Source of the DNA: an uncultured Streptococcus sp.
GTDB lineage: Bacteria > Bacillota > Bacilli > Lactobacillales > Streptococcaceae
Length of the DNA stretch: 64,000 nucleotides
Direction of reading: 5' to 3'
Assembly: GCA_963518235.1 (NCBI GenBank)
Contig: CAUQIP010000007.1
Coordinates: 5,526-69,525 of the forward strand
Under the pieces are notes generated by a model. It did no database searches. It had not been told where the DNA came from and was given only the letters and a program-made list of their open reading frames with translations. The translations under genes and the position numbers were made by a program. Numbering within the stretch: position 1 is the stretch's first letter; the number at the start of each line of letters is the position of its first letter. Positions 1-12,177 of the stretch are shown one piece after another.

Positions 1-1264
1 GATATTCATCGACCATGACTTCGTGGAAGCGATCCTGATAAGCCTCACGAACTTGCGGGAAATTCTCTAAAATCTCAATGGTGTAATGGCTGATATCAGC
101 GAATTCAAAGGCATTTTCCTGACGTTTACGCTGACGATAAGCTTCCACAAAATCACTCATGAAGGCTTGGAAGGTTTTAGCTAGTTCCCATGTATCTCCA
201 TGATAACGTTCTTGATAGTCGAGAATGGTTATCTGGTCTGACAGTTGTCCTAGTTTAGCAAACTGGGTCTTTCTCTCTTCGTTGTAGGCATCGGCCAGTG
301 GCTTCAAATCAGCCTTGCGACTGGCATTAGTCAGAGCTCGACCATTTTTCTCTTTCGAAATTGTGACAACACGCGCAAGCACCGCTTGATAAGCCTGACT
401 ATCGGACTCCTGATTTAAGGAGCCAATTTCATCCAGAATCAACTGGACATTTTCTAAATAGGCAGCCTTTGCAAACTCCTTAGCATCATTATCCAGATGA
501 TAACGGAAAAAGCTTTCCAAATCCCAAAGGGCTTGTTTGATTTGCTCAGTTAGTTTTCCTTTTTCATTCGTAAAATCAGCTTTCTCAAAGCCTTTTAAGA
601 AAGATTCACTCAGCCATTTCTGAGGATTACTGGTGGATTGGAGGAAGTCATAAATTTTATAGACCTGCTGGCGCAGCCCCCGTTCATCCTTGCCACGCCC
701 AGCAAAGTTTTTCAGCAAATGACTAAAGATCTCTTTCTGTTTGCCTTGGTAATGGGCTTCAAAGATCTCATGAAAGACTTCATTTTTTAGAAGGAGTTGT
801 TCGCTTTGGTTTTGTAAAATACGGAAATTTGGTGCAATGTCAATTAAATAACCGTGTTTGCTAAGGAACTTTTGTGTGAAAGAGTCCATGGTTCCGATGG
901 CAGCGTTGGGTAGGTCTGCCAACTGGCGGCCCAAGTGTTGTTTAAGCTCGACATCATGCGTTTCTTGGATCTGTTGGCCAATTTTTTTCTCCAAACGTTC
1001 CTTGAGTTCTGTGGCAGCCTTAACGGTAAAGGTTGAGATAAAGAGTTGAGAAATTTCAACACCACGCGCCAATTGGTCCAGAATACGCTCGGCCATGACA
1101 AAGGTCTTCCCAGAACCAGCCGATGCTGAAACCAGGATATTCTGACCAGAAGTGTAGATAGCTTCGATTTGCTCGGCAGTTTTCTTCTGTTCCTTGCTCG
1201 AATTTGCTTCTGCTTCTTGCAGTTTTTGAATTTCTTCCTCAGTTAAAAAGGGAATAGGCTTCAT
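1..1264 (-). CDS. rexA: ATP-dependent helicase/nuclease subunit A (RexA/AddA), N-terminal part; the gene continues past the window start
   Basis: The minus-strand frame stays open to position 1. The N-terminus reads [15 protein letters not shown]...[17 protein letters not shown], with a UvrD-type Walker A (GSGKT). The ATG at 1264..1262 overlaps the rexB stop (ATGA). Confidence 0.85.
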   Translation of the reverse strand, partial: MKPIPFLTEEEIQKLQEAEANSSKEQKKTAEQIEAIYTSGQNILVSASAGSGKTFVMAERILDQLARGVEISQLFISTFTVKAATELKERLEKKIGQQIQETHDVELKQHLGRQLADLPNAAIGTMDSFTQKFLSKHGYLIDIAPNFRILQNQSEQLLLKNEVFHEIFEAHYQGKQKEIFSHLLKNFAGRGKDERGLRQQVYKIYDFLQSTSNPQKWLSESFLKGFEKADFTNEKGKLTEQIKQALWDLESFFRYHLDNDAKEFAKAAYLENVQLILDEIGSLNQESDSQAYQAVLARVVTISKEKNGRALTNASRKADLKPLADAYNEERKTQFAKLGQLSDQITILDYQERYHGDTWELAKTFQAFMSDFVEAYRQRKRQENAFEFADISHYTIEILENFPQVREAYQDRFHEVMVDEY

Positions 1265-4200
1265 CGATTCAACTCCTCTCTTATTTTTTCAAACCAAGCT
1301 TGCTTGAGTTTTTCTCCGACCAGACGTTTACCGTCAGCTGGGTCCAATTTCTCTAGGAAACGGGCTTGGCCCAAGTGGTAATTGGCTTCAAATCCTGTGA
1401 TGGCTTGATGTTGCTGAACATACGGTGCAATATTTCTGCCATTTTCAGTATAAGGGTTAATGGCGAACTGGCCTGCTAAAATTTTCTCAGCTGCTTTCTT
1501 GTAAAGAAGAGCATTGTAGTCTAGTAAGAGCTGGAATTCCTCATCCGTCAGCTGGTTGGCCTTGTTTTTATTGTAAAAATCACCCAAATGACTGCTTTCT
1601 TTTTCTAAAAAGAGGCCTTGGTATTTCATAGACTTGCTGGCTTCTACTACTGCACCTGCCAGACTTTTAACAGCCATTAAAGATTGGACAGGCTCAGCCA
1701 TTTCCAAGTACATAGCACCGAAAAAGTTCTGCTCCCCTTCTCTTTTTAGGGCAGCTAGATAAGTTGGCAACTGGGAATTAAGCCCATTAAAGAAATGAGG
1801 AAACTGAAACTGAGTTAGACTAGACTTGTAGTCTACTACTCCTATCGCCCCATCAGCTTTCAATCGGTCAATGCGGTCAACCTTACCTCGTACAAAAACA
1901 CTGCGTCCATTGTCTAATTGAATAAAGGCCTGCTCTTTTCCACCAAAATTTGCTTCTTCTTTGATGGTTTCGATGGCTGGATTGTCTCGGAGAATATGTC
2001 CAGTCGTCCGCACCACATCAAGCAGAACTTCCTTGGTAAACTGTGCTTCCAAACTTTCTTGATAAATAGCCTCAAATTCGCGTTCTTGACTAGTTTCTTG
2101 AATAGCTTGTTCTAGACGGTGGTCAAAGGAATCTTCGTCAGGCAACTGCAAGGCACGTTCAAAAATACGGTGCAAGAAATTTCCGTGACTACGGGCATCA
2201 GGACGCAAACGTAATTCCTCCTGCAAGCCTAAAACGTAGCGAAGGAAATAACTGTATTCATTGCGATAAAACTCCGTCAAACCAGACGTAGACAGGTAAA
2301 ATTCCTGATCAGCTGGATAGAGAGCCTGCAAGGTATCCTTGGTCAAGGACTTACTGCTTGGACTGGTTGGGAGGGCTGGATTCTCCAAACCTTGCTGGTC
2401 TAGTTTTTTACCCATGACACGCGCCAGAACCTTGACAAAGGTCAAATCTTGCTCAGTCTCACTCATATCGCCCTGCTGGTGATAGGCAACCAGACTGGAC
2501 AAAAGACTGTGATATGAGCCCATATCTTCCTTAGACAGCCCTTTGTGATTTATCTTCTTCTCTTTCCTGCTAAATCCAAAATGGACCAACTCTTGAAGAT
2601 AAGCTGATTCCTTGCTTTCACTTTCGTTAAAAAGGCTTGGAGATGACAGAATCAACTGCTTACGAGCAGAATTGATCAAGGAAAGCATAGTATAGCGATT
2701 TTTCTTGAGGTTTTCACTGCTGGCAATCAGCAATTGTGACTCTTCCTCTGTCGCTTGGTTTAAGCTTTGTCTTTCTTCATCTGTCAATAGACTGGTATTT
2801 TGCGCGATTTTTGGTAAATTGTCCTGAGTTAGCCCAATGGCGTAGACAAAGTCAGCAGTCAATGGTGCAATCAAATCGTAACTCTGCACTAGAACGGTGT
2901 CCACTGTTGCTGGAATAGTGCGATACTGAGACAAACTCATTCCAGAATGGAGCAAGGCTAGGAAGTCCTCTAGACTAACTTGTGAACCAGCAAAAACAGT
3001 CGCAAATTGTTCTAAAACATGACAGAAAGCCTTCCAAACTTCGGCTTGTCTTTCCTGTTCTACAGCTTCCATAGTGGCTGTCAAATCTTGTAACTGCTTG
3101 GTCACTGAACTTTCTTTTAGAAAGCTATTCCATTTTTGTAGGAGATTTTCAGCCTTCTGTTTTCGGCTGGCAAATAGGGTTTCAAGAGGTGCTACAATCC
3201 GCAGACGAAGAGTATTTAAACGCTCTAAATCAAATTTTCCATGGTGGGATTTGGTGAAGGCTTGCTGAAAGGCTGGCAAGCCGTTGATTCCAAGATAGCG
3301 AAGATATTGCTCAAAAGCATCAATATCAGCTTGACTAAGGTCGGTATACAAACCTGTTCTAAGAAGGTTAATCAAATCCTCCTGACGGGAACGATAGCGT
3401 TTTAAAGCCAAAATAGACTCAACAAACTGTGTCAAAGGGTGGTGGGCCATGGATTCGCTTCTACCAAGATAGAAAGGAATCTGATACTGGTCAAAAATGG
3501 TTTTGAGAGATAACTGGTAAGAAGTCACATCCCCCAAGAGAATACGAAAATGCTTGTAGCTCAGGTCTGAGTTCTCATGTAATTTCTGACGAATGCTACG
3601 GGCTACTAGCTCCAACTCCTCCTTTTGCGTCAAGCAAGACCAGATTTGTAAGTTTTCACGATCCTTCTCATCGACATCCAAAGTGAGTTCTGAAAAGTCA
3701 TAAGAAGACTCCAGCAAACGAGAGGCCTTGTCAAAACTATCCATCTTCTCATGAGTTTGAGAATAATCCTGAGCAGGAGTTTGGTATTTAGAGGCCAGAT
3801 GATGGAGAAACTCCACACTAGCTTGGTAGAGATTGCCCTCGCGAAAAGGACTGGCATAAGCTTTCTTACTAGCATAAGCCCCAATGACAATCTCAACACC
3901 CTTGCCATGAAGTAGATCCACAATTCGCTCTTCCTCAGCAGAAAAACGGGTAAATCCATCAATGACTAAAGCAATTTGAGTGAAATCACTACTAACTTTG
4001 TCATCCTCAATAGCCTCAATCAAATGGGACAACTGACTTCCCTGAGCTAACTGACCTTGATTGAGATAGGCCGTTACTTTCTCAAAAATCAAGAGCAAAT
4101 CCGCTCGCTTATCCTCATCCGTCAAGCTTTCGAAGTCCAAAAAGTTCATCTGAGCAGTCGCTATCTCATGATAAAGCTCCATCAACTGCTGGATAAATTG

Positions 4201-4536
4201 AGGATCCTGCTTGATAGCTCCATAAACACGTAAATCCTTAGGATCAAGTTCGGCAAGGCATTTATAAAAGACCATCCCAAGACCAATGTCATCTAGACTG
4301 GTCTTGGCAGGCAAGTCATTCAAGACCAGGTAACGAGCCATTTGAGCAAAGCGCGTGACGGTAATCGCAAAAGAAGCCTGCTGGGACAAGCATTCCAGCA
4401 CGGCACGTTCCTTTTCAAATGAAAGAGAGTTAGGAGCGATATAGAAAACCCGCTTGCCAGTAGCAACTAGCTCCTCTGCCTCTCTAGTTAGAATTTCTGT
4501 CAAAAAAGTCCGAATATCAGTATAAAGTAATTTCAT
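1261..4536 (-). CDS. rexB: ATP-dependent helicase/nuclease subunit B (RexB/AddB)
   Basis: 1091-aa ORF translationally coupled to rexA. It has a C-terminal RecB-type nuclease motif (GKVDRIDR...VVDYKSS), and its size and position match streptococcal RexB. Confidence 0.85.
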   Translation of the reverse strand: MKLLYTDIRTFLTEILTREAEELVATGKRVFYIAPNSLSFEKERAVLECLSQQASFAITVTRFAQMARYLVLNDLPAKTSLDDIGLGMVFYKCLAELDPKDLRVYGAIKQDPQFIQQLMELYHEIATAQMNFLDFESLTDEDKRADLLLIFEKVTAYLNQGQLAQGSQLSHLIEAIEDDKVSSDFTQIALVIDGFTRFSAEEERIVDLLHGKGVEIVIGAYASKKAYASPFREGNLYQASVEFLHHLASKYQTPAQDYSQTHEKMDSFDKASRLLESSYDFSELTLDVDEKDRENLQIWSCLTQKEELELVARSIRQKLHENSDLSYKHFRILLGDVTSYQLSLKTIFDQYQIPFYLGRSESMAHHPLTQFVESILALKRYRSRQEDLINLLRTGLYTDLSQADIDAFEQYLRYLGINGLPAFQQAFTKSHHGKFDLERLNTLRLRIVAPLETLFASRKQKAENLLQKWNSFLKESSVTKQLQDLTATMEAVEQERQAEVWKAFCHVLEQFATVFAGSQVSLEDFLALLHSGMSLSQYRTIPATVDTVLVQSYDLIAPLTADFVYAIGLTQDNLPKIAQNTSLLTDEERQSLNQATEEESQLLIASSENLKKNRYTMLSLINSARKQLILSSPSLFNESESKESAYLQELVHFGFSRKEKKINHKGLSKEDMGSYHSLLSSLVAYHQQGDMSETEQDLTFVKVLARVMGKKLDQQGLENPALPTSPSSKSLTKDTLQALYPADQEFYLSTSGLTEFYRNEYSYFLRYVLGLQEELRLRPDARSHGNFLHRIFERALQLPDEDSFDHRLEQAIQETSQEREFEAIYQESLEAQFTKEVLLDVVRTTGHILRDNPAIETIKEEANFGGKEQAFIQLDNGRSVFVRGKVDRIDRLKADGAIGVVDYKSSLTQFQFPHFFNGLNSQLPTYLAALKREGEQNFFGAMYLEMAEPVQSLMAVKSLAGAVVEASKSMKYQGLFLEKESSHLGDFYNKNKANQLTDEEFQLLLDYNALLYKKAAEKILAGQFAINPYTENGRNIAPYVQQHQAITGFEANYHLGQARFLEKLDPADGKRLVGEKLKQAWFEKIREELNR

Positions 4537-4652
4537 CTCTGCCTCGTTGCAATTTTCATTACCTTTTATTATACCATGATTAGCCCAAAGATTCCTCCTC
4601 CTTTCCTCTAAAATATGCTATAATAATACCAAAAGATAAAGAAGGAAAACCT

Positions 4653-5462
4653 ATGATTAAACTACTAGCCTTGGATATGGACGGAACCCTCCTCAATGAA
4701 GCCAAGGAAATCCCACAAGCTCACATTACTGCTATTCACCAAGCCATTGAAAAAGGTGTCAAACTGGTTCTCTGTACGGGTCGCCCGCTTTTCGGTGTCC
4801 TCCCCTACTATCAAAAACTGGGGCTTGATCTCCAGAATGAGTATGTGATTGTTAACAATGGTTGCTCAACTCACCAGACCAGTGACTGGGGACTAGTTGA
4901 CTGGCAAGAACTTAGTCCAGCAGACATCGAATACCTCTATGACCTAGCTGAAAAAAGTGATGTTCAGTTGACTCTTTTTGATGAGGAGCATTATTTTGTC
5001 CTCGGTGGCAAGCCCAATCAAGTCATCCAAAATGACGCCAAACTAGTTTTTTCAGACCTGACTGAAATTTCTCTTGAGGAAGCGACTAGTGGTAAGTATC
5101 GTATGTTCCAAGGTATGTTTTTGGGAACAAAAGAACAAACAGATGATTTTGAAGAGCGTTTTGCTGAGGAACTCTGCCAACGATTCAGTGGAGTTCGTTC
5201 GCAGCCTGTCATTTATGAAGCTATGCCACTTGGTACGACAAAGGCTACTGCTCTTTCTCGACTGGCAGAAATTTTGAAGATTGATTCCTCAGAGATCATG
5301 GCTATGGGCGATGCCAATAACGATATCGAAATGCTCCAGTTTGCAGGACTTGGCATTGCTATGGGAAATGCCAGCGATTATGTCAAATCTCTTGCGGATA
5401 CCGTTACAGCCAGCAACGAAGAAGACGGCGTTGCGCGTGCTATTGAGAAATATATTTTATAA
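4653..5462 (+). CDS. Cof-type HAD-IIB family phosphatase
   Basis: N-terminal DxD motif (LALDMDGTLLN) and C-terminal GDANNDIEML motif; 269 aa. Confidence 0.85.
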   Translation: MIKLLALDMDGTLLNEAKEIPQAHITAIHQAIEKGVKLVLCTGRPLFGVLPYYQKLGLDLQNEYVIVNNGCSTHQTSDWGLVDWQELSPADIEYLYDLAEKSDVQLTLFDEEHYFVLGGKPNQVIQNDAKLVFSDLTEISLEEATSGKYRMFQGMFLGTKEQTDDFEERFAEELCQRFSGVRSQPVIYEAMPLGTTKATALSRLAEILKIDSSEIMAMGDANNDIEMLQFAGLGIAMGNASDYVKSLADTVTASNEEDGVARAIEKYIL

Positions 5463-5470
5463 TTAAGAAG

Positions 5471-5496
5471 CCCAGTTCGTGTCAACTGGGTTTTGA
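5471..5496 (+). terminator. Rho-independent terminator after the HAD gene
   Basis: Stem CCCAGTT/AACTGGG followed by TTTT. Confidence 0.6.
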
Positions 5497-5515
5497 TATT
5501 TAAGAATGCCTAAAA

Positions 5516-5535
5516 CTTTAGAAACTCTTTAGAAA
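5516..5535 (+). promoter_or_regulatory. Direct repeat CTTTAGAAA x2 with 11-bp period, a candidate response-regulator site upstream of the ABC-2 operon
   Basis: CTTTAGAAA occurs at 5516..5524 and 5527..5535. The repeats sit upstream of a weak -35 and a TATACT -10 at 5565..5570. Confidence 0.35.
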
Positions 5536-5603
5536 TCCTTGAGCTTTCTTTGATTTCTATGCTTTATACTAAAGTTAACAAAATAAATCAAAAGGAGAGA
5601 ATC

Positions 5604-6512
5604 ATGAAAACAGTACTTGACATTCATGGATTGTCCAAAAACTTTGACAAACAAGCTATCCTTCAGGATCTTCATCTAACGATAAGAGAGGGAGATATTT
5701 ATGGACTTATCGGGAAGAACGGAGCTGGGAAAACCACCTTGATAAAAATCATTACGCAACTACTGTTTGCGGATAAAGGAACTGTTTCCCTCTTTTCTAG
5801 TAAGTCGGAAAATGAGTGGAGCAAGGCTCTATCTCGAGTAGGTTCAGTGATAGAATCACCCGTAGCTCATAATCACTTAACAGCTTATCAAAATCTGAAA
5901 TATTACTGTATGATTCGTCATATTCCAAATGCTGATCAAGTCATTCGAGAAACACTAGACTATGTAGGTTTGTCAGATACAGGTAAGAAAGTCTTTCGTG
6001 ATTTCTCGCTAGGAATGAAACAAAGACTTGGTATTGCCATTGCCCTCCTATCCAAACCAGACTTCCTGATCTTAGATGAACCTATCAACGGTCTCGACCC
6101 AATCGGTATCAAAGAATTTCGACTAATGATTCAACGACTAAATCAAGAAAAAGGGATAACCATTCTCATCTCTAGCCATATCTTGTCAGAACTCTATCTC
6201 CTAGCTAATCGCTTTGGTATTTTAGATCAAGGCAAGATTATCCGTGAAATCAGCAAAGCTGAATTTGAAACACTAAGTGAGGATTATATTGTGCTTAAGA
6301 CAGCTGATAAAGAGAAAGCTTGCCAAGTATTGAAAGAACAAATCCAGCTCCAGTTCAAAGTTGTTAATCCAGAAAATGAAATCCATATCTTTGGTCAGGA
6401 ACAAGATGTCAAACAGATTCTCAAAGAATTAACCTTGGCAGATGTTGCCATTGACGAGATTTACTATGCCCGTCAAAACCTAGAAGAATACTTCACTCAA
6501 TTGGTCCAATAG
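5604..6512 (+). CDS. ABC transporter ATP-binding protein (ABC-2/lantibiotic-protection type)
   Basis: Walker A GKNGAGKTT, signature FSLGMKQRL and Walker B LILDEP. The start was moved to MKTVLDIHG, which follows the RBS AAAAGGAGAG; the ORF-track start at 5550 has no RBS. Confidence 0.85.
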   Translation: MKTVLDIHGLSKNFDKQAILQDLHLTIREGDIYGLIGKNGAGKTTLIKIITQLLFADKGTVSLFSSKSENEWSKALSRVGSVIESPVAHNHLTAYQNLKYYCMIRHIPNADQVIRETLDYVGLSDTGKKVFRDFSLGMKQRLGIAIALLSKPDFLILDEPINGLDPIGIKEFRLMIQRLNQEKGITILISSHILSELYLLANRFGILDQGKIIREISKAEFETLSEDYIVLKTADKEKACQVLKEQIQLQFKVVNPENEIHIFGQEQDVKQILKELTLADVAIDEIYYARQNLEEYFTQLVQ

Positions 6513-6522
6513 GAGAAAAATC

Positions 6523-7275
6523 ATGATACATACCATTCAAGCAGACTTTTACCGTCTTTTCCGTTCCAAAGGATTCTGGATTACAGAATTCATTCTCTTT
6601 ATACTCATGTTAATGGGGGCTATTTTTGGGGCTACTGGCCATCTGATGGCAATCCAGACAGAAGAACCAGAAATTCCAACCCATGGCTGGGACGGTGTAC
6701 AAGCCCTGATCAACGCATCTAGTCAAGGTTCAAACCTCGTTTTTCTATGTATTGTTCTAGCCTGCCTCGTTCTTGGAGTTGATTTAATCGGCAAACTCTA
6801 TAAAAATAATTTAACAGTGGGTGTCTCTCGTACCGAGTTTTTCCTTGCCAAAGCCTTTGTACTTGCTAGTATCGCTTTCTTACAACTTATCCTTAGCCTT
6901 GTGATTGCCTTTATTCCAGCAACTATCTTAAATGGATTTGGAACTATGCCTGATGGCTTTATCGGCAATCTACTGATAACCATTTCCCTTCAATTTCTTT
7001 GCCTTCTAGCTTGGCTTTCCATTGTTTCCTTCATTCTCTATGTTAGTCATTCTTATCTTGCGGTATTTGTTGGTTATTTGGTCAGCTCTATCATCCTTTC
7101 TATGCCAATGCTCATTTTTCCAAATATTAAAATTTCACCATATTTATCATTGCAGTTTTTCTACGCTATGACTGCTAATAGTGAATCCATTTTCTACACC
7201 ATTATAGTTACCTTAGCTGTTATTGTAATCTTTAATCTAAGTGGATTGGCAGTTTTCAAAAAGAAAAGTCTATAA
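6523..7275 (+). CDS. ABC-2 type transporter permease
   Basis: 250-aa polytopic membrane protein directly downstream of the ATPase gene, with RBS GGAGAAAAATC before the ATG. Confidence 0.75.
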   Translation: MIHTIQADFYRLFRSKGFWITEFILFILMLMGAIFGATGHLMAIQTEEPEIPTHGWDGVQALINASSQGSNLVFLCIVLACLVLGVDLIGKLYKNNLTVGVSRTEFFLAKAFVLASIAFLQLILSLVIAFIPATILNGFGTMPDGFIGNLLITISLQFLCLLAWLSIVSFILYVSHSYLAVFVGYLVSSIILSMPMLIFPNIKISPYLSLQFFYAMTANSESIFYTIIVTLAVIVIFNLSGLAVFKKKSL

Positions 7276-7315
7276 AAAATGACCTCCTCTGTAGGCTAGA
7301 GGAGGTTTCTTTTCG

Positions 7316-8194
7316 TTAAAAATAAATGAAAACCGATAACCACTGGCCATCTGTGCTTAGTTTCATCTCTGCACCGAGAAGATGACATAATTCCTCAGTG
7401 ATATAAAGGCCTAAACCAGAGGATTCTTCGGTGTCTGATAGATTTTCAGAATAAAAACGGTTACTGAGATTTTCTATTTTTTTGATAGGCTGTTTAACAA
7501 GGTTTGCAATCTCTAAGACAAGCTGTTCCTTTTCTTTTCGCAAAGACAGACGCGCTTCTTCCTTGCCATGTTTGAGGACATTTCCAAGCAGATTTTGTAA
7601 AATTCGATCCAGCAAGTCTTCATCAGTCCTCATTTTCAGACCAGCTTCAACCTTAAAATCAAGCGTGATATTTGCCGCCTGAAAAACATCATAATAAGCC
7701 AAAGTCTTTTTGGTGATAAAAGCTGAAAGATCCACTTCTTCCAGTTTCGGTTTGACAGCTCCTTCCATCAAACGACGATATTCTAGAAGAGCCTCTAAAC
7801 GTTTGGAAACTAAATCAAGATGCTGGGCTATTTTTTGTAAGGTTTCTGATTTGTCTTCAGGAGACTTTATCAATTGTTGGGTGTAGCCTGAAGCGATAGT
7901 CAAAGGTGTCCGAATATCATGGGCGATATTGCTGATGGCCATATCCAGAGTCTGTTTTTCCCTTTTCATCACCAATCGAGATTGTTCCACTTCCTGAAAT
8001 AGATTCTCAATTTGCTGGTAGAGATGTAAAAAATGTTTGGAAAAAATGCTGACCCCAACTCTTTTCATACTACCTGTAAGAATCTTATCTTCAATCTGTT
8101 GACTCAAGTTTTTAAGTGCTAGATGGTAGCGAATCAATGCAATCGATAAAATAATTAGGAGTACCAGTAGAACAAAAATTATCATGTAGGTCAT
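7316..8194 (-). CDS. Sensor histidine kinase with a single N-terminal TM helix and no obvious extracellular sensor domain
   Basis: H-box SNIAHDIRTPLT, N-box LLGNVLKHG and G-box SGLGLYI. It overlaps the response-regulator gene by 4 nt. Confidence 0.85.
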   Translation of the reverse strand: MTYMIIFVLLVLLIILSIALIRYHLALKNLSQQIEDKILTGSMKRVGVSIFSKHFLHLYQQIENLFQEVEQSRLVMKREKQTLDMAISNIAHDIRTPLTIASGYTQQLIKSPEDKSETLQKIAQHLDLVSKRLEALLEYRRLMEGAVKPKLEEVDLSAFITKKTLAYYDVFQAANITLDFKVEAGLKMRTDEDLLDRILQNLLGNVLKHGKEEARLSLRKEKEQLVLEIANLVKQPIKKIENLSNRFYSENLSDTEESSGLGLYITEELCHLLGAEMKLSTDGQWLSVFIYF

Positions 8195-8892
8195 TGCTTG
8201 TCTCCTTTTAATCTTACTCCAACGCCCCAGATGGTTTCAATATATTCTTGATTTGGGTCAAGCTGGTTTAATTTTTTACGAAGATTACTCAAATGCGTAT
8301 TGAGGGTATTATCTCCAGGTAGGTAGCTATCCTCCCAGACCAATTCATACAGTTCTTCCTTGGTAAAAATTTTCTTAGGATGTTTGAGGAGAGTTTGGAG
8401 AATCAAGCATTCTTTCTTGGCAAGGCGAATCGTTTCCTGGCTATTTTTGATTTCAAAACTTTCTGCATCAAACTGGATATTTTTCAAGTTTTGTGGCAGA
8501 TTTTCAGTTTTTACTATTTCCACAGGCTGTTTTTCTGCACTTTGGCGTAGTTGAACAGTAACTCTGGCAAAGACTTCGTCCAAATCAAAAGGTTTGACTA
8601 TGTAATCATTGGCACCGTCTAAAAGGTATTGGCTGATAAGTTTTTTATCGCTTAAAGCCGTTAGCATAATGACTGGAGTTTGACTTTGTTCCCTGATAGC
8701 TTTTAAAACCTGATCTCCATTTTTCCCAGGAAGCATGATATCTAGCAAAACGAGTTCAATCCCACCTTGGTCAAAACGCATGATGCCTTCAGTTCCTGAA
8801 AAGGCTTGAATCACTTCATGCTCCTCAGTAAGAAGTGTTCGCAAAATCTCTTGAATGTCACTATTGTCTTCAATAACCAATATCCTAGCCAT
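8191..8892 (-). CDS. OmpR-family response regulator
   Basis: Receiver domain (ILVIEDN...LLDIMLPG) plus a winged-helix C-terminus (IETIWGVGVRL). The start was set at MARILV, the ATG after GAAAGG. Confidence 0.85.
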   Translation of the reverse strand: MARILVIEDNSDIQEILRTLLTEEHEVIQAFSGTEGIMRFDQGGIELVLLDIMLPGKNGDQVLKAIREQSQTPVIMLTALSDKKLISQYLLDGANDYIVKPFDLDEVFARVTVQLRQSAEKQPVEIVKTENLPQNLKNIQFDAESFEIKNSQETIRLAKKECLILQTLLKHPKKIFTKEELYELVWEDSYLPGDNTLNTHLSNLRKKLNQLDPNQEYIETIWGVGVRLKGDKQ

Positions 8893-9082
8893 AAATACCA
8901 ACCTTTCTGCAACTATTATAGCATGTTTTATTGATAAAGCTTAAACAGAAAAGCTCCTCGCATCAAAGCGCGAGAGAGCCTTAGAGGGTTAAAATATAAA
9001 ATCCATTTACTAGATAACATTGTATCCTTATAGTTGCTAGTGAAAATGAGTCTAGCAGAATGAATCTCTCATTTCTCCCATA

Positions 9083-9958
9083 CTAGTCCGTAATTCGTTG
9101 ATACATTTCGGGTCTTCTATCTCGAAACAAGCCCCAGTTTAAGCGTTCGCTTGCTCCCTTATCTAGGTCATAAGTAGCTAACAGAACAGCTTCTTCTTGT
9201 CTTTCAGCTCGTTCTAGAATAGCTCCTGTTTCATCCGTCATAAAGGAGGAACCGTAGAAGTCAAGACTGGAACTCTGTCCCCCATTTTCCTCACTTGAAG
9301 TGACTTCTTCAAAGCCATAGCGATTGGCTGCAATAACTGGGACAATATTTGCTGCTGCATGACCTTGCATGGTACGTTGCCAATGACCACAACTATCCGT
9401 ATCTAGGATAGGCTCAGAGCCAATAGCAGTTGGATAAAAGAGCAATTCAGCACCATTCAATGCAAGACAACGCGCTGTTTCAGGGAACCATTGATCCCAA
9501 CAGATACCGATCCCAATCTTGGCATAGCGAGTATCCCAGACCTTGAAGCCTGTGTTGCCAGGTGTGAAATAGAATTTCTCTTGATAGTAATGGTCGTCTG
9601 GTATGTGGGTCTTCCGATAAACGCCCAGCACTTCCCCATCTGCATCAATGACGGCAATAGAGTTATACAAGACATTGTCATCTTTTTCATAGAAACTGAT
9701 CGGTAAAACAACCTGTAGTTCCTTAGCAATCACCTTAAAATGCTGAATGGCAGTATTTTCTGTCACCGACTGGGCATACTGGTAATAGTCATACTGGCGT
9801 TCTTGACAGAAATAGGGACGTTCAAACAACTCTGGTAAAAGAATAATTTGTGCACCTTGTTCTGCAGCCTGACGTACTAAACGCTCTGCTGTTTGAATAT
9901 TTGTTTCCACATCCTTGGCACATTGCATCTGAATGGCTGCAACTCTTACATTTCTCAT
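9083..9958 (-). CDS. aguB: N-carbamoylputrescine amidase (nitrilase superfamily)
   Basis: Carbon-nitrogen hydrolase signature with the catalytic Cys context GIGICWDQWFPE. It lies adjacent to the agmatine deiminase gene. Confidence 0.8.
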   Translation of the reverse strand: MRNVRVAAIQMQCAKDVETNIQTAERLVRQAAEQGAQIILLPELFERPYFCQERQYDYYQYAQSVTENTAIQHFKVIAKELQVVLPISFYEKDDNVLYNSIAVIDADGEVLGVYRKTHIPDDHYYQEKFYFTPGNTGFKVWDTRYAKIGIGICWDQWFPETARCLALNGAELLFYPTAIGSEPILDTDSCGHWQRTMQGHAAANIVPVIAANRYGFEEVTSSEENGGQSSSLDFYGSSFMTDETGAILERAERQEEAVLLATYDLDKGASERLNWGLFRDRRPEMYQRITD

Positions 9959-9967
9959 CTTTTTCTC

Positions 9968-11053
9968 CTATTCTGGGATTTGTTGGGTGATACAGTGGAT
10001 ATTGCCACCACCTAAAAGAATATCTCTGGCTGGTATTCCGACAACTTTACGGTCTGGGAAACACTTACTGAGGATATCTAAGGCCACTTGGTCGTTTTTA
10101 TCCTGAAACTGTGGAACTAAGACAGACTTGTTGGCAATATAAAAGTTTACGTAGGAAGCTGCTAGTCGTTCACCAGCGTAGCGTTCTTCTTCACCTTCTT
10201 CGTAGGAATAACCAGGAAGATCTTCTTCTGTCACAACTTGTCGAACTGCAGGGATAGGCAATTTATGAATGGTAAACTTCCGTCCTTTTGCATCTGTTTC
10301 CTGTTCTAAGAACTCTAAATCAGCTACAGACATGGCATACTGAGGATCACTTTCGTCGTCCGTCCAAGCCAAGACAAGCTCAGCAGGACCAACAAAGGCA
10401 GCAACATTGTCAACGTGTTCATTGGTTTCGTCCTGATAAATACCATAAGGAAGCCAAATAACTTTTTCAGCTCCAAGGCACTCTAATAAGGTATTCTCAA
10501 TTTCCTCTTTAGTCAGATGAGGATTACGACCCGGACTGAGCAAACAACTTTCCGTCACGAGAATGGTTCCTTGACCATCGCTATGTATCGCTCCGCCTTC
10601 TAGGACAAAAGGTTTGGCATCGAAAACAGGCATTTCCAAGGACTCGGCAAAACGACTGGCTACTTGGTCATCATCTTCATAATCTTGATAAAGACCATCA
10701 ACAGCACCACCCCAAGCATTGAAAGACCAGTCAACGGCTAGCTTTTCTCTTTTGTCATTCACAAGAATGGTTGGTCCAGTATCTCGAGCCCAGGCATCAT
10801 TGGTAGGAATATCTAGATAAACAACGCTATCTCCAAGGTAGTCTTGGGCTTCAGCTAAGTAGTCTTGGCCCACCAAAAGATAGACTCTTTCCCCCTCTAC
10901 TATAGTCTTGATAATCTGGCTAAATGCTTTTTTAGCAGCTTTACCTTGAAAAGGCCATGATCCTGGTCTTGTAGGCCAGATCATCAAGGTTCCGTGATGG
11001 GGTTCATACTCTGCTGGCATACGATAGCCTAATTTTTTTGGACTGTCCATCAT
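9968..11053 (-). CDS. aguA: Agmatine deiminase
   Basis: 361 aa, beginning [10 protein letters not shown] and ending with the catalytic Cys motif [11 protein letters not shown]. Confidence 0.85.
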   Translation of the reverse strand: MMDSPKKLGYRMPAEYEPHHGTLMIWPTRPGSWPFQGKAAKKAFSQIIKTIVEGERVYLLVGQDYLAEAQDYLGDSVVYLDIPTNDAWARDTGPTILVNDKREKLAVDWSFNAWGGAVDGLYQDYEDDDQVASRFAESLEMPVFDAKPFVLEGGAIHSDGQGTILVTESCLLSPGRNPHLTKEEIENTLLECLGAEKVIWLPYGIYQDETNEHVDNVAAFVGPAELVLAWTDDESDPQYAMSVADLEFLEQETDAKGRKFTIHKLPIPAVRQVVTEEDLPGYSYEEGEEERYAGERLAASYVNFYIANKSVLVPQFQDKNDQVALDILSKCFPDRKVVGIPARDILLGGGNIHCITQQIPE

Positions 11054-12177
11054 GATAATCTCCCTTTAAAGTCTCGATAGCCGAAGGCTTTGACCAAGCT
11101 GCAGTCTCCCTGTTCATCCATGAGATAGAGACTTGGCAATCCAATACCATTAAAGGTATTATTTTTGACAAAAGAATAAATAGCCATGTCTTCGAAATAA
11201 AGTCTGTCTCCGATTTGGACTGGATTTTCAAAGCTATAATCACCAATCACATCGCCCGTCAGACAAGTATTGGAAGAAAGTCTATAGGTATGGGCTTTTT
11301 CCTGTGCCTCAAAGCCATTTCTCAAAGGTGGGCGATAAGGCATTTCAAGCACATCCGGCATATGGCAGGTCGCAGAGGTATCCAAGACCAGCGTTTCAAT
11401 CCCATTTTCGACAATATCCAAAACCTCTGTTGCCAAATAGCCAGCATTAAGAGCAATGGCTTCACCCGGTTCGATATAAACTTCAAGATTGTAAGTTTCT
11501 CGAATTCGCTTAATCTCAGAAATCAGCAAATCCACATCATAATCTTCTCTTGTAATGTGATGACCACCACCCATGTTGAGCCATTTGATCTGATGTAAGT
11601 ACGAGCCGAACTGCGCTTCTACTGCTTTCAAAGTTGTCTCTAAATCATCTGCTCCCTGCTCGCAAAGGGTATGAAAATGTAGTCCGTCAACCAAATCCAG
11701 CAAATCACTCGGAATTTTATCTAGTGTCACACCAAAACGGGAGCCAGGTGCACAAGGGTCATAGAGCGCGTGGTCACCCTGAGTTGAACACTGAGGATTG
11801 AGACGTAAACTAACACTGATACCAGCCTCCCGACAACGAGGCCCATGTTTACGCAACTGTCTCTCTGAGTTAAAGACGATATGGTCCGTTATCTCCAGCA
11901 ATTCCTCCAAGTCCGCATCCTTGAAAGCAGGTGCAAAAACATGGACTTCACCAGGAAATTCTTCCCTTGCCAATTTGGCTTCATAAAGACCACTGGCAGT
12001 AGTCCCAGATAGATACTGACTAATCAAGGGATAGGTTTTGTAAAGGGAATATGCCTTCTGGGCAAGCAAAACCTTGCAGCCGGCTTCTTCTTGTACATAT
12101 TGTAGAATGCGGCAGTTTGCATCTAACTTGGCTAAGTCAATGACGTAAGCTGGTGTTGGTACTTGTTCTAACTTCAT
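11050..12177 (-). CDS. nspC: Carboxynorspermidine/carboxyspermidine decarboxylase
   Basis: 375-aa PLP fold-III decarboxylase-like protein, coupled by overlapping stop/start codons to the neighbouring polyamine genes. Confidence 0.8.
   Translation of the reverse strand: MKLEQVPTPAYVIDLAKLDANCRILQYVQEEAGCKVLLAQKAYSLYKTYPLISQYLSGTTASGLYEAKLAREEFPGEVHVFAPAFKDADLEELLEITDHIVFNSERQLRKHGPRCREAGISVSLRLNPQCSTQGDHALYDPCAPGSRFGVTLDKIPSDLLDLVDGLHFHTLCEQGADDLETTLKAVEAQFGSYLHQIKWLNMGGGHHITREDYDVDLLISEIKRIRETYNLEVYIEPGEAIALNAGYLATEVLDIVENGIETLVLDTSATCHMPDVLEMPYRPPLRNGFEAQEKAHTYRLSSNTCLTGDVIGDYSFENPVQIGDRLYFEDMAIYSFVKNNTFNGIGLPSLYLMDEQGDCSLVKAFGYRDFKGRLS

Noticed and set aside
844-1101. Track ORFs inside rexA (844..1101 minus and 858..1049 plus).
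   Set aside because: Both are out of frame with, or antisense to, the continuous RexA reading frame that spans 1..1264.
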